Part shown: positions 36,264 to 46,259 of the stretch, in pieces | Layout of the letters: each line of letters begins with the position of its first letter | Numbering within the stretch: position 1 is the first letter of the stretch | Source of the DNA: Anaerolineae bacterium | GTDB taxonomy: Bacteria > Chloroflexota > Anaerolineae > VGOG01 | Direction of reading: 5' to 3' | Assembly: GCA_049589355.1 (NCBI GenBank) | Contig: JBAWAP010000434.1 | Location: 177-64,176 of the forward strand | Length of the DNA stretch: 64,000 bases | Made by a program: the position numbers and the translations under genes | Notes under the pieces: model-generated | Databases searched by the model: none | Told to the model about the DNA's origin: nothing | The model's input: only the letters and a program-made list of their open reading frames with translations

Positions 36264-36749
36264 CTACCAGCGTAGGGCAGGCCAGGTGGAGAAGACCACA
36301 GTGATGGCCCAGAAGAAAACCCAGGTCATCAGGGCATAGCGCCAACGGCCAAATCTGAGCAAGGGCACTAGAAGAGCCGTGGCTGCTATCACCCAGAAAG
36401 TCGGGCGGGTGAGCAACTGCGGCCAGCCCAGGGCGGTGCCGTCAGGGGCGAAGACCAGCCAACGCAGCACCAGGGCACACACCACCGGCAGCCCGGCGGC
36501 GATGACGGCATCGGCGGTGCCCCAGCCGATGTGAACTTGTTGTAATTCAACACCCACTTCTTCCAGGCCAAAACGGGCTGCTGCCTCCGCCAGCGCAGCC
36601 TGTTCGTCTAGTCCCCGTGCCCGGGCCGCTGCCACCGCCTCCTCCAGGTGGGAGTTGATCTCCTCCAACACCTCGTGTTCGGTCTCGCTATCCAGGTCCA
36701 TCTGGGCCCGAATGTGGGCCAATACTTGCTCTATCCCCGCAGCGCTCAT
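36264..36749 (-). CDS. DUF1700-like membrane protein, partner of the PadR regulator
   Basis: ...HEVLEEINSHLEEAVAAARARGLDEQAALAEAAARFG... followed by TM segments. Immediately downstream of padR. Confidence 0.5.
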   Translation of the reverse strand: MSAAGIEQVLAHIRAQMDLDSETEHEVLEEINSHLEEAVAAARARGLDEQAALAEAAARFGLEEVGVELQQVHIGWGTADAVIAAGLPVVCALVLRWLVFAPDGTALGWPQLLTRPTFWVIAATALLVPLLRFGRWRYALMTWVFFWAITVVFSTWPALRW

Positions 36750-36757
36750 GTTCCCCC

Positions 36758-37117
36758 CTAGCCAGGCATAGATTCAGGCTCGACATGGCCATGCCCCCTG
36801 ATCATTCCCATCAGCTTCTCAGTGAACGTCGTCCATTCCGCCGCCGACTTAGCCAGCACTTTGCGGCCTTCCTCGGTGATGAAATAGTATTTACGCTGCC
36901 TCGAGCCCTCCACTCTTCGCCACTCGCTCCTGAGCAAGCCATCTTGCTCCATGCGGTGTAGAGCAGGATAGAGGAGGCCCTCTTTCATGTCGAAGTAGCC
37001 CTCGCTGCGCCGCTGCAGTTCCTGCGTGATCTGATAACCATACATGGGCTCTCCGCTTAGCAAAGACAGGATCAGAGTGCTGGTGCTTCCTTTTCGAATC
37101 TGATCATAAAGACCCAC
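36758..37117 (-). CDS. PadR-family transcriptional regulator
   Basis: STLILSLLSGEPMYGYQITQELQRRSEGYFDMKEGLLYPALHRMEQDGLLRSEW is a PadR wHTH. GTG start with GGAGGAGGTGA RBS. Confidence 0.85.
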   Translation of the reverse strand: MGLYDQIRKGSTSTLILSLLSGEPMYGYQITQELQRRSEGYFDMKEGLLYPALHRMEQDGLLRSEWRRVEGSRQRKYYFITEEGRKVLAKSAAEWTTFTEKLMGMIRGHGHVEPESMPG

Positions 37118-37158
37118 AATTCACCTCCTCCCAGTTATACCTAATGTTATTATGCATA

Positions 37159-37187
37159 AGTATATCATAACTCTACTACTTTGTCAA
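37159..37187 (-). promoter_or_regulatory. Sigma70-like promoter TTGACA-N17-TATACT upstream of padR
   Basis: Minus strand: -35 at 37187..37182, -10 at 37164..37159, in an AT-rich intergenic region. Adjacent TTATGCATAA palindrome. Confidence 0.45.
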
Positions 37188-37289
37188 GGGCTTGAAGCTT
37201 AAAATTTCTCCGGTAAGCGAAGAGGATGCCTTCGTTACGATGGCATCCCCGTTGCGTGTCTGCGTTCTTGTGTAGGATTTAGCTCCCCG

Positions 37290-38087
37290 CTACCAGAGGT
37301 GGATCCCAAGACTGGGTCGGAATCTGATGATCAGGAAGGCGATAAGTGAGACGGCGAAAAGGGGCAAGCAGACCTTGTCCGCCGGGCCGAGTCTCAACTC
37401 CCTCAGATACGTCCGCCTGGTTCCTGACTGGAATCCTCGCGCGGCGAGAGCCATGGAGAGGCTGTCGGCCAAGCGCAGGGCCGTGACGATGACGGCCACC
37501 AAGATTGGCAGATACGACTTGATACGCCGGACGAAGTTTCCTTCGCCAATTACCCACCCTCGTGCTTGCTGGGCCTCGCTCACGGTGGCGTATATCCCGT
37601 AGAGGGTCGGCAGGTAGCGCAGAGCAATGGCTAAGGTCAATCCCCATTCGTAGGGCAATCCCAGCTTCACCAGGCCCCGTACCAAACGAGCCTGATCGGT
37701 GGAGAAGAGCAAAACCAGGAAGGCGAAGGCTAATGCATCTACTCGCAGGGCCGTGCTCAGACCCTGCAACAGGCTCTGAGTTGTGATTCTAACCCGCCAC
37801 ACTTGCAAAAGAACCTCGTCCCCTTGGGGGTAAAAAATGGGCCATAGGAAGAGAATAAGAAAAGTAATGGGCCACATTCTCTGCCAGGCCCAGCGTAGAC
37901 GACTTGCCGGGACTTTGCCAGACCAAAGAATACCGTGGATTCCCAATAAAAAGGTGGCTGAGATAAGGGGGTGGCTGAAATTCAGCAGCACGATGCTGCT
38001 CAGGACCACAAAAGCGAGCTTAGTCCGCGGGTCTAGCCGATGCAGCCAGGAGGGACGGTCTATGTATAAATCGAAGACGAAGCTCAT
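37290..38087 (-). CDS. ecfT: ECF transporter transmembrane (T) component (CbiQ/EcfT family)
   Basis: ...RLDPRTKL..., multi-TM, conserved ARG..G motif region ...MALAARGFQSG. Confidence 0.75.
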   Translation of the reverse strand: MSFVFDLYIDRPSWLHRLDPRTKLAFVVLSSIVLLNFSHPLISATFLLGIHGILWSGKVPASRLRWAWQRMWPITFLILFLWPIFYPQGDEVLLQVWRVRITTQSLLQGLSTALRVDALAFAFLVLLFSTDQARLVRGLVKLGLPYEWGLTLAIALRYLPTLYGIYATVSEAQQARGWVIGEGNFVRRIKSYLPILVAVIVTALRLADSLSMALAARGFQSGTRRTYLRELRLGPADKVCLPLFAVSLIAFLIIRFRPSLGIHLW

Positions 38088-38090
38088 CTC

Positions 38091-39908
38091 TCATCCCCCC
38101 TGGCCAAGCTGGCGTAATGCCGTGTACTCCTGGTAAAACTCTTCTAGTGTCAAGCTGCCACCTCTCAGGCCATAGGGCTGCATCCGTCGAGCCAGTGCGG
38201 TGATGGGAGGCAGGGTCAGGAAGGCTTGCCGCAGGATTGCCTCCTGCTGAAACAACTGCCTGGTGGGTCCGTGGGCCAAAATCCGCCCCTCGTCCAGAAC
38301 CAGGACTTTGCGAGCGAACTCGGCCACTAGCTTCATGTCGTGGGTGACCAGGATGATAGTGTGGCCTTGGCTGTTGAGGTTAGTTACCTCTTCCATCAAG
38401 GTGCAGGTGCCGCGCCAATCCAGGCCCACTGTCGGCTCATCCAACACCAGGATCTGGGGGCGCATAGCCCAGACCGCCGCCAGGGTTACCTGCCGCCTTA
38501 AGCCATATCCAAGGATAGCTGGAGGGGTTTCAGCTTGGTCTCCGAGCTCAAAGAGAGCCAAGGCCTCAGTTGTGCGGTCTGCCACCTCACCTTCCGAGAA
38601 ACCTAAATTGCGAGGGCCAAAAGCTACCTCTTCCCAGACCGTGGGAGCGAAGATCTGATGATCGGGATTCTGGAAGAGGTAACCGACTTTCCGTGCCAAC
38701 TGCCCCACGCTCTGATCCGCTGTGTCCTGACCCAAGACGAGGACTCGTCCACGGGCGGGACGCAGCAGGCCATTGAAGTGTTTGACCAAAGTGGTCTTGC
38801 CGGAACCGTTCTGGCCGACCACGGCCAGGAACTCACTGGCCTCGACGCTGAGATTTACCCCCGCCAGGGCCAAGGGCCCATCGTCATAGCGGTACCATAG
38901 ATCCTCCACTTCGATGGCTGGCGAGTGGTCAACTGGAGTTTGGACAAGGTGAGAGAAACCAGGTTTTTCGCCCAAGAGTGCTTCTCGGGCTATTGAAGAT
39001 GCCGGCAATCGCGCACATTTGTGATGCAAAGGTTTCAAAAACCTGGTTTCTGGCAGCTCGTCCGCCAGTGCAGAACAAGCTTCGTCCTCGGTGATGAAGT
39101 GAAAGGATGTCCCCTGTCGTCGGTTGAAGAGGTGAGCCAACTCGCTCATTTGGGTGACAGCCAGGCCCCAGCCGTGTAACGACTCTACCTGGGAGAATAC
39201 CTGGCGGGGCGATCCTTCGAGCACCAGGTGCCCTCCTTCCATGACCACCACTCGGTCGGCCCAGGCCATCACTGCCTCCGCATCCTGCTCCACCATGACG
39301 ACAGTGGCCTCTTCTTCTCTTTTTAGCTCCTCAACCACAGAGAGCACCTCATGTCGGCCCAGGGGGTCCAGCCCAGTTACCGGTTCATCCAACACCAGCA
39401 CCTGGGGACGCATGGCCAGCACCGTGGCAATGGCCAGTCGTTTTTTCTGGCCACCCGACAACTGAAGCGGGGAGCGTTTGCGCAGTCCTGGCAACCTGAC
39501 CACCTCCAAAGCCCAGGCGATGCGCTCCTCCATCTCAGATGGTGACAGCCCCAAGCTTTCCAGGCCGAAGGCCACCTCGTCCTCGACGGTCATGTTGAAG
39601 AGCTGGCTCTCGGGATCCTGGAATACGAGCCCTACTTGGCGGCTCATCTGGCCGGGGCCATGCTCTCTGGTGTCCATCCCGGCCACCACGACCCTCCCCT
39701 CGAGGGTGCCTCCCCTGAGGTGGGGCAAGATGCCGTTGAGGGTCAGGCAGAGGGTGGTCTTGCCCGCCCCGGTGGGCCCCATGAGGGCCAGGAACTCGCC
39801 TCTCCGCACTCGCAAATCAACCCCCTTGAGCACAGGAAGCGGTTCTCCTCCCGGCGTCAAGGGGGGATAAGCATAGTGGAGGTCCTCCACGATTACGATG
39901 TCATCCAC
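38091..39908 (-). CDS. ecfA: ECF transporter duplicated ATPase (EcfA1-EcfA2 fusion)
   Basis: Two ABC domains, each with Walker A (GPTGAGKTT / GQNGSGKTT), LSGGQ and Walker B motifs. Confidence 0.8.
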   Translation of the reverse strand: MDDIVIVEDLHYAYPPLTPGGEPLPVLKGVDLRVRRGEFLALMGPTGAGKTTLCLTLNGILPHLRGGTLEGRVVVAGMDTREHGPGQMSRQVGLVFQDPESQLFNMTVEDEVAFGLESLGLSPSEMEERIAWALEVVRLPGLRKRSPLQLSGGQKKRLAIATVLAMRPQVLVLDEPVTGLDPLGRHEVLSVVEELKREEEATVVMVEQDAEAVMAWADRVVVMEGGHLVLEGSPRQVFSQVESLHGWGLAVTQMSELAHLFNRRQGTSFHFITEDEACSALADELPETRFLKPLHHKCARLPASSIAREALLGEKPGFSHLVQTPVDHSPAIEVEDLWYRYDDGPLALAGVNLSVEASEFLAVVGQNGSGKTTLVKHFNGLLRPARGRVLVLGQDTADQSVGQLARKVGYLFQNPDHQIFAPTVWEEVAFGPRNLGFSEGEVADRTTEALALFELGDQAETPPAILGYGLRRQVTLAAVWAMRPQILVLDEPTVGLDWRGTCTLMEEVTNLNSQGHTIILVTHDMKLVAEFARKVLVLDEGRILAHGPTRQLFQQEAILRQAFLTLPPITALARRMQPYGLRGGSLTLEEFYQEYTALRQLGQGG

Positions 39909-39914
39909 TGGAGT

Positions 39915-40442
39915 CTATTGCTTCCTCCAAGAGCCCATTTGAGTGATGGGGGGATAGGCTCTGCGCACCAAGAGAAACAAAGGGACACCTCCGATGATGC
40001 CAAACAGCCCTTGTAGGCCATTCCAAGGCAACTCGAAGAGAGCCGCTCCTACTCCCATTAGGATACTTTGGACTACGAAGTAGCCGCCTGCTACGATGAG
40101 CTGGCCAATAACTGCCGCTATGACCATGATGGGCCATGGTTTACGCCAACCGAGATAGCCAACGACCAGCCCCTGCAAGCCGTGGATGATGAGGGTAGGC
40201 ACGATGTAGAGCGGGAAACCTATGGCATCGGCTATGGCCATCCCTACACCAGAGGCCACCATGCCAACCCAAGGGCCAAAGGCCAAGGCAGTGAAGTTGG
40301 CTGCTGTGTCGCCCAAGTGAATATAGCCCTGGGTGGGCGGGATGTACAGAATCCTCCCCCACATGGTCAAGACGCAGACCACCGCCATCATGATGGCCGT
40401 CACAGCTATCGTCCTAGCATCAATTCCTCCCTTAGTCGTCAT
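39915..40442 (-). CDS. ECF transporter substrate-specific (S) component, substrate unknown
   Basis: 175-aa, 5-6 TM protein directly upstream of ecfA/ecfT. GGAAGGGAG RBS. Confidence 0.5.
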   Translation of the reverse strand: MTTKGGIDARTIAVTAIMMAVVCVLTMWGRILYIPPTQGYIHLGDTAANFTALAFGPWVGMVASGVGMAIADAIGFPLYIVPTLIIHGLQGLVVGYLGWRKPWPIMVIAAVIGQLIVAGGYFVVQSILMGVGAALFELPWNGLQGLFGIIGGVPLFLLVRRAYPPITQMGSWRKQ

Positions 40443-40479
40443 TGGATCATCTCCCTTCCTTTAAAAGAGTCAAAAGAGT

Positions 40480-40507
40480 CAAAAGGCCCACCTTGGCGAT
40501 GAGGTGG
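40480..40507 (-). terminator. Intrinsic terminator after rsmE
   Basis: Minus-strand RNA AAGCCCACC-UCAUCGCCAA-GGUGGGCUU followed by UUUUGACUCUUUUGACUCUUUU. Confidence 0.6.
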
Positions 40508-40512
40508 GCTTA

Positions 40513-41292
40513 CTAGCTTAAGTCTCCCAGTTCATAAAAGATAGCCGCCGTGGCCACCAAGCCGGCCGTCTCAGCCCGCAGAATGCGGGGGCCCAGGGTG
40601 ATAGGGACGATGCCGTACCGTCGAGCCAATGTCACCTCCTCGGAGGTGAAGCCCCCCTCTGGCCCGACAAAGAGGTTGATGGAAAAGGGCCTGGAAGGAA
40701 ATGACGGAGCCTCTTTCCCCCTCGTCTCTTTTCTTTCCTTCCCAAATACTCGCTTCAGGTTGACACTGTTCTCTTCCTCCCAGGGCACTAATGAGAGTCC
40801 TCCTGTCCGCTTCGACCGTTCACAGGCCTGGGAAAAGAGCATGGCCATTTGGAGGTGGGGGAGCCTGCCACGCCTACTTTGCTCTGCTGCTTCTTGAATG
40901 ATGCGTTGCCAACGCCCCCGCTTCTTGTTTACGTCATCCAGGCCGGCGATGGTGCAGCGCTGACTGATGAGGGGCACGAATTCCACGATGCCCAATTCCG
41001 TGCCCTTCTGCAAGACTAGCTCAAAATGGCTGCCCTTGAGCACGCCCTGATAGAGAGAGACCTTGGTGCGGGGTTCGCCGGTAGCAAGAGTCTTGCTTAG
41101 CACCTTGCTTACTACCTGCTCTTGGCCCACCGCGACGATTTCTACCTCCCGCTCCCAGCCGGAGTTGTCCAGGACGACGATGTGGTCGCCAGGGCTTAGG
41201 CGCAGGACGTTTTTGATCTGGTGGACTGCTGGCCCGCTAATGGCAACTTTGTCATTCTCAAACTGATCGGGCGATACAAAAAAGCGGTGCAT
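40513..41292 (-). CDS. rsmE: 16S rRNA (uracil1498-N3)-methyltransferase
   Basis: MHRFFVSP...LRLSPGDHIVVLDNSGWE...LYQGVLKG...FVGPEGGFTSEE is the RsmE signature. Confidence 0.8.
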   Translation of the reverse strand: MHRFFVSPDQFENDKVAISGPAVHQIKNVLRLSPGDHIVVLDNSGWEREVEIVAVGQEQVVSKVLSKTLATGEPRTKVSLYQGVLKGSHFELVLQKGTELGIVEFVPLISQRCTIAGLDDVNKKRGRWQRIIQEAAEQSRRGRLPHLQMAMLFSQACERSKRTGGLSLVPWEEENSVNLKRVFGKERKETRGKEAPSFPSRPFSINLFVGPEGGFTSEEVTLARRYGIVPITLGPRILRAETAGLVATAAIFYELGDLS

Positions 41293-41371
41293 AACCTGAA
41301 TTCTCCTTTGGAAGTTGGAAGGTAGAGGTTGGAAGTTAGAAGTTGGAAGCTAGAAGATCAACCTCCAATCT

Positions 41372-42265
41372 CTAATTTCCAACTTCCAATCTCCAACCTC
41401 CAACCAAAGTCACCCAATCCTTGTCCTGCCGACGTTCGACGATCTCTACCCTGTGCTTTCTTAAAGCTACCGTTACCTCCGCCTCCTGCTCTTCGATGAT
41501 GCCCGCTACGATCATCAGGCCGGTCGGTAGAACTCGATCCGTCAGCCCTTGACCGGCGAGCTCAATGATCACCTTGGCCAGGATGTTGACGAGCAATAGC
41601 TCGAACTTCTCTGTTGCCTTGTTCAGCGAGCCAAGCTCGATGGTGACGGTGTTTTGCACTCCATTGGACTGCACGTTGGCCTGGGCCGCTCTTACGGCCA
41701 CCGGATCGTTGTCCAGGGCCAGGACGGAGCCTGCTCCCAGCTTGGCCGCGGCTATAGCCAGGATACCTGAGCCTGTGCCCAGATCTAGGACCTTAGCTCC
41801 CGGCTCCAGGTGCTCCTCTAGAGCCTGCAGGCACATCTGTGTAGTGGGGTGCAAGCCCGTGCCGAAGGCCATACCTGGATCCAGTTCGATGACTACCTCT
41901 TCGGGCCGTGGCTTGTACTCTTCCCACGGTGGCTTTATCACGATGCGCTGACCAACCCGCACGACATGGTAGTGCTTCTTCCAAGCGTTAGCCCAATCGT
42001 CTTCGGTGAGCTCACGGAATTGAGGTGCTGGGAGATGGTAAATCTGGCTAAGATGCCAGAGGGCCTCCTCTATGTGCTGCCGAGTTTTTAGCCCTTCCTC
42101 GTCTAAAAGCAGGTAGGTTTTGACGGTGACAACGGCTGCGTTGCTTAATTCGTCGCCAAACTCCGTTGACAGCACCGCCCCGCCACGCCCGTAGCGGTTA
42201 AACACTTCGCTTACCGCCTCAGCAGCTTCACCGTCTACCTGTACACTGGCTTCCAGCCAACTCAA
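41372..42265 (-). CDS. prmA: Ribosomal protein L11 methyltransferase
   Basis: ...KVLDLGTGSGILAIAAAKLGA...VLALDNDPVAV.... The C-terminal residues are encoded by the heptamer hairpin at 41307..41405. Confidence 0.8.
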   Translation of the reverse strand: MSWLEASVQVDGEAAEAVSEVFNRYGRGGAVLSTEFGDELSNAAVVTVKTYLLLDEEGLKTRQHIEEALWHLSQIYHLPAPQFRELTEDDWANAWKKHYHVVRVGQRIVIKPPWEEYKPRPEEVVIELDPGMAFGTGLHPTTQMCLQALEEHLEPGAKVLDLGTGSGILAIAAAKLGAGSVLALDNDPVAVRAAQANVQSNGVQNTVTIELGSLNKATEKFELLLVNILAKVIIELAGQGLTDRVLPTGLMIVAGIIEEQEAEVTVALRKHRVEIVERRQDKDWVTLVGGWRLEVGN

Positions 42266-42876
42266 CCCTGTTCCTCCAGCGCTTTAGCTATCTCCTCGGC
42301 GAACCCGGCTGATGCCTTGGGCCCGTTGGCGGTGATGATCAGCCCGTCGCGCTCAACGCTAGCGCCAGTGTAACTGGCCCCACACGCCTTCAATTCCTCC
42401 GCCTCAGAGGAGAAGGCCGTCGCCTTCTTGTCCTTAAGCACCCCAGCCTTGGCCAGGGTGGTCGGGGCAATGCAGATAGCTGCCAGCACCTTGCCCTGAG
42501 CGCCCGCCTCCTGGGCGATAGCGTGGGCCACAGGGTCGTTCCAGTACTCCTGAGCCCCTGGGCCGCCAACGAAGACGATAGCGTCGTAATCGCCCACGAC
42601 AGCGTCCTTTAACAGGAGGTCGGGCTTGACCTGAGCGCCCAGCGCGCCTTTGGCTACCTCGAGAGAGGAGGAAGCAACGCTGACCATAGCTCCCCTGGCC
42701 TCGAAGACCTGGCGCGGCTCTTTATACTCCTCGTCGCGGAAGTCCCGGTGGGCGATGATCATCAGGATGCTTTTGCCTTGCAAGGCTGGCGCCGCCTCTG
42801 GCGTCGGTGTGGGCCTCCCGCAGGCGTAGCTTCCCAAAAGAAGAAAGACAATTAGCGACAAAGATAACTTTTTCAT
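42262..42876 (-). CDS. DJ-1/PfpI-family protein with lipoprotein-type signal peptide
   Basis: MKKLSLSLIVFLLLGSYACG..., class I glutamine amidotransferase-like fold (AICIAPTTLAKAGVL). Confidence 0.65.
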   Translation of the reverse strand: MKKLSLSLIVFLLLGSYACGRPTPTPEAAPALQGKSILMIIAHRDFRDEEYKEPRQVFEARGAMVSVASSSLEVAKGALGAQVKPDLLLKDAVVGDYDAIVFVGGPGAQEYWNDPVAHAIAQEAGAQGKVLAAICIAPTTLAKAGVLKDKKATAFSSEAEELKACGASYTGASVERDGLIITANGPKASAGFAEEIAKALEEQG

Positions 42877-42885
42877 CGCTTCCCC

Positions 42886-43389
42886 CTACTCGATTATGCT
42901 TTCGGCTGGTGTAACTTCACCTTGCTCAAGCTTCTGGAGCATCATTGAGGCATCCACCACTTCAAAAGCTTCCGTTTTGAGTTCACGCAGGAAGTCCCTA
43001 TTCTCGGAGACCAAGAACTTTGCTCCAACCCACTCCGCGAAGCCACCGATAAAGGCATCCTCCTCGGAGAGGCCCAGATCGAGGTATTTCAGCCACAATT
43101 CTTCTGGCGGTTCGTCATAAGACCTCACCATATGTACTGAAGGATCGTTAAGAAGACCGTAGAACATCCTGGGAAGCGTCGAGCTTATTGCCGCAAGATT
43201 GCTGGTGACCTCCTGCACGACTATTGCTGGAACGATGACCACGTAATCCTTGATCGCCTTCAGGAGATCTGCCGAGTCACTATGCGGGTCGGCGAAGCCA
43301 AAGATGTACTCGTTGCTATCCAGGATGAGTATATCGCCGACTATACTCGGTCTCCCATAGGCGCTTTCGAGTGCTTCGGAGTTCGGCAA
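42886..43389 (-). CDS. PIN-domain protein (VapC-like toxin)
   Basis: ...VGDILILDSNEYIFG...KFLVSENRDF has the PIN acidic residues. TTG start with GGAGG RBS. Overlaps the upstream antitoxin-like ORF by about 74 nt. Confidence 0.55.
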   Translation of the reverse strand: MPNSEALESAYGRPSIVGDILILDSNEYIFGFADPHSDSADLLKAIKDYVVIVPAIVVQEVTSNLAAISSTLPRMFYGLLNDPSVHMVRSYDEPPEELWLKYLDLGLSEEDAFIGGFAEWVGAKFLVSENRDFLRELKTEAFEVVDASMMLQKLEQGEVTPAESIIE

Positions 43390-43588
43390 TTATTTCCTCC
43401 CTTGTCTTGTTCACTCCACCAGCCTCTTGAATTTCCCTCTGAATCTCCTCGATGCGTTCTTCCCATGTTACGGAACGCAATACATCCCGCAGGAGACTTT
43501 CGATATACTCCGAGGAAAGTATCCCCGCCTCTTGAGCGTCTCGATATAGCTCTTCAGGCAAGGTAAGGGTGATCTCTTTAACAGCCAT
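43316..43588 (-). CDS. Putative antitoxin partner of the PIN protein
   Basis: MAVKEITLTLPEELYRDAQEAGILSSEYIESLLRDVL..., small, upstream of and overlapping the PIN gene. Confidence 0.45.
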   Translation of the reverse strand: MAVKEITLTLPEELYRDAQEAGILSSEYIESLLRDVLRSVTWEERIEEIQREIQEAGGVNKTREEIIAELRSTRKRLWETEYSRRYTHPG

Positions 43589-43601
43589 CTCTTTAGCCTC
43601 C

Positions 43602-44726
43602 CTATGTTTTCAGGAAATCCATCATCTTCTCGAAAAAGCTCTTTTCTTCCTGGGGGATAACCTCTTTGCCCAACGTCTTGGCCAAATCCTTGAACAGTCG
43701 CTTCTGTTCGTCGCTCAATTCGGTGGGAATCGCTACCTGTACTATCACTAACTGGTCGCCCCGGCCATTGCGTCTGAGGTAGGGCACACCTTTGCCCCGC
43801 AGACGGAAGACCTTACCCGTCTGAGTGCCTGCGGGGATGACTAATATCTCGTCACCGTCCAGCGTAGGCACCATGACCTCATCACCCAAGGCTGCCTGAG
43901 CGACGTTGATGGCCAATTCCAGAATGATGTTGTTATCTTGGCGGCGGAAATAGTGATGGGGCTTAACTGAGACAATCACGTAGAGGTTGCCTGGCGGCCC
44001 GCCCCAAATTCCGGGCTCTCCCTCGCCGGCCAAGCGAATCTGTATCCCATTGTCTACCCCCGCCGGCACCTTGACAGAGATCGTGCGGGTCACTCGCACA
44101 CGCTTCTGGCCACGGCACTCGCTGCAAGGGGTGTTTACAACCTCCCCTTCCCCTCCGCAACGGGGGCAGATGGTCACGTTGATGAAAGACCCGAGGATGG
44201 ACTGTTGAGTCCGCCGCACCTCACCGGTCCCGTTGCATTGGGGGCAGCGGATGGGACTGGTACCCGGTTCAGCGCCGCTGCCACGACAGCGGGGACAGGT
44301 CTCGTAGCATGCAATTTCCAGTTCCCTCTCGCAACCGAAGACAGCTTCCTCAAAGGAGAGAGCTAGGTCGTAGCGCAGGTCAGTCCCTCGGCGTGGCGCG
44401 CGCCGAGTCCTGGTGCGAGGGCCGAAGCCAAAGAGGTCCTCGAAGATGTCACTGAAGCCACCAAAACCGAATCCAAAATCGCCGAAGTCACCCCAGCGCC
44501 CTTGTACGCCAGCATGGCCGAAGCGGTCGTAGGTGGCCCGCTTCTCCCGGTCAGACAGGACCTCGTAGGCCTCGTTTATCTCTTTGAACTTGCCTTCGGC
44601 GTCGGGGCTCTTATTGACATCAGGGTGATATTGGCGGGCCAGCCCCCGATAGGCCTTCTTTATCTCATCCTGGCTGGCCGAGTGGCCCACGCCGAGCACG
44701 TCGTAGTAGTCGCGCTTAGCGCTCAT
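43602..44726 (-). CDS. dnaJ: Molecular chaperone DnaJ
   Basis: J-domain [13 protein letters not shown]...HPD, G/F region, four CxxCxGxG zinc repeats. Confidence 0.95.
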   Translation of the reverse strand: MSAKRDYYDVLGVGHSASQDEIKKAYRGLARQYHPDVNKSPDAEGKFKEINEAYEVLSDREKRATYDRFGHAGVQGRWGDFGDFGFGFGGFSDIFEDLFGFGPRTRTRRAPRRGTDLRYDLALSFEEAVFGCERELEIACYETCPRCRGSGAEPGTSPIRCPQCNGTGEVRRTQQSILGSFINVTICPRCGGEGEVVNTPCSECRGQKRVRVTRTISVKVPAGVDNGIQIRLAGEGEPGIWGGPPGNLYVIVSVKPHHYFRRQDNNIILELAINVAQAALGDEVMVPTLDGDEILVIPAGTQTGKVFRLRGKGVPYLRRNGRGDQLVIVQVAIPTELSDEQKRLFKDLAKTLGKEVIPQEEKSFFEKMMDFLKT

Positions 44727-45101
44727 TCAACTAATGGCCTCTCCCCATTGGCTCAAATACTCCAATCGGTTGCGCATGTCCTGAACCGAGAGCGACATCA
44801 ATAGGTTTAGCATCCGCCGTAATAGCTCGCCAATAGGGTATTGTTCCGAAACGATGATCCCACAATGCTGCCAACCATGCTCTGCATACCGTTTATGCAA
44901 TCTAGCGTAGTCGCCTCGGTTAAAAGTCAAAATGGCTCTGCCTTGTGAAGCAGCAAAAGCTAATTGTTCCTCATCCGGGGAACCTGACATCCCAGCCTCA
45001 ACTGTTGTGATTACATCGAAGCCCCGCTGTCGTAGTGCTTTTCCCAGCTTGGTATGCACATCTTCATTGAGAAAAAGCTTGATCACTTCTTTCGAGTTCA
45101 T
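44727..45101 (-). CDS. DUF5615-like (PIN-like) protein, toxin-like partner of DUF433
   Basis: ...GRAILTFNRGDYARLHKRYAEHGWQHCGIIVSEQ.... Overlaps the DUF433 gene stop. Confidence 0.45.
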   Translation of the reverse strand: MNSKEVIKLFLNEDVHTKLGKALRQRGFDVITTVEAGMSGSPDEEQLAFAASQGRAILTFNRGDYARLHKRYAEHGWQHCGIIVSEQYPIGELLRRMLNLLMSLSVQDMRNRLEYLSQWGEAIS

Positions 45102-45415
45102 GTCGAGTACTGTCCCGGCGGATACATCTTCATCAATCGCTCCTCTGAATCCGCCCCGATGTCTTGCTCTATCTCCTCTTGATGATCATAGTAATACGAG
45201 AGGGCGTCGTATATATGAACGGGCTTCAGATGCGGAAGGCCTTCTAGTATGTCCTCTACCGACATCCCCATCTTGTGATAGCCTACGATGGAGCGCACCG
45301 GCGTGCGCGTGCCAACGATGATCGGTCGCCTTCCGCAAATGCCTTCTACTCGCACGATAAAGGGGTGATTCGTCGTTATAATCTCTACCCTCTCTATTTC
45401 TACAATTGTCTTCAT
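45098..45415 (-). CDS. DUF433-domain protein (antitoxin-like)
   Basis: Start MKTIVEIERVEII at ATG 45415. ...MSVEDILEGLPHLKPVHIYDALSYYYDH. Confidence 0.5.
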   Translation of the reverse strand: MKTIVEIERVEIITTNHPFIVRVEGICGRRPIIVGTRTPVRSIVGYHKMGMSVEDILEGLPHLKPVHIYDALSYYYDHQEEIEQDIGADSEERLMKMYPPGQYST

Positions 45416-45422
45416 CACAGTT

Positions 45423-45656
45423 CTATCTCCCCCTATCTCTTCGTGGTGTCCTGATCTCAATCTTTGCTGCATTATTCAAGGTGACGAAACTTTCGGGAGC
45501 AAGTGTCACGCGCTTCAGGTCATTTCCCTTCCCAACTGCATCCAGAATCTCTATTCCTGCCAACCGTCCTTCGGCATCATAGTCGGCCGCAATGCCTTCG
45601 GCCAGGTGTTTGGTCGTCACCGTCGTCTCAATAAAGCGGATGTAGAACGCGTCCAC
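45423..45656 (-). CDS. DUF2283-like small protein
   Basis: MDAFYIRFIETTVTTKHLAEGIAADYDAEGRLAGIEILDA.... Confidence 0.4.
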   Translation of the reverse strand: MDAFYIRFIETTVTTKHLAEGIAADYDAEGRLAGIEILDAVGKGNDLKRVTLAPESFVTLNNAAKIEIRTPRRDRGR

Positions 45657-45710
45657 TTCCGAATCATACGTGTAATCCTCATCCGTCCATTTCTCCCCAG
45701 ACCGGGCACT

Positions 45711-45934
45711 CTACTTCAGCAAACTCACAAATTCATCCACGCTCAAACCCACCTGCCGAACGATGGCTCTCAGCGTGCCTCGGTCCTGCACTTTGTGGTC
45801 TGGCACAACGACCTGAGCAAAGGGCTCATCGCGCCGTAGAACCAGATGGCTGCCTGTCTGCCGCTTCAGATAGAAGCCTGCCCTTCAAGCGCCCGAACAC
45901 ACTTGCGCCCTGAAATCACAGGTAACTTGCTCAT
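45711..45934 (-). pseudogene. hicA: hicA toxin gene with a 1-nt frameshift
   Basis: MSKLPVISGRKCVRALE, then a frame change at about 45876..45886 (GAAGGGCAGGC). The next frame reads AGFYLKRQTGSHLVLRRDEPFAQVVVPDHKVQDRGTLRAIVRQVGLSVDEFVSLLK, a full HicA. ATG overlaps the hicB stop (ATGA). Confidence 0.7.
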
Positions 45935-46137
45935 ACAGCCACCGTCAGAAGTTCAAAGCGCTCCTCGGGAACGGTTAGGCCATCCTCTTCGAGGGCCGCA
46001 ATGTACGCATCAATTGCCTCACGGATGTTCTGAACAGCCTCTTCTTTGGTCTTGCCCTGGCTGATGCACCCAGGCAGCGTTGGGCATTCAGCCACCCAAT
46101 AGCCATCTTCTCCAGGATAAATGACCACTTGTCGCAT
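45931..46137 (-). CDS. hicB: HicB-family antitoxin
   Basis: MRQVVIYPGEDGYWVAECPTLPGCISQGKTKEEAVQNIREAIDAYIAALEEDG. Confidence 0.75.
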   Translation of the reverse strand: MRQVVIYPGEDGYWVAECPTLPGCISQGKTKEEAVQNIREAIDAYIAALEEDGLTVPEERFELLTVAV

Positions 46138-46259
46138 CGCGTTACCTCCATTTAGTCCAAGCCGCTGCCTCGCCCAGCGCCCTCAAGTAACCACCAATCC
46201 GCCCGGAGGGTAAAGGGCGAGGGACAGGTCCGTTGCCGCCCGTCCTTTCCCCCATTTCT

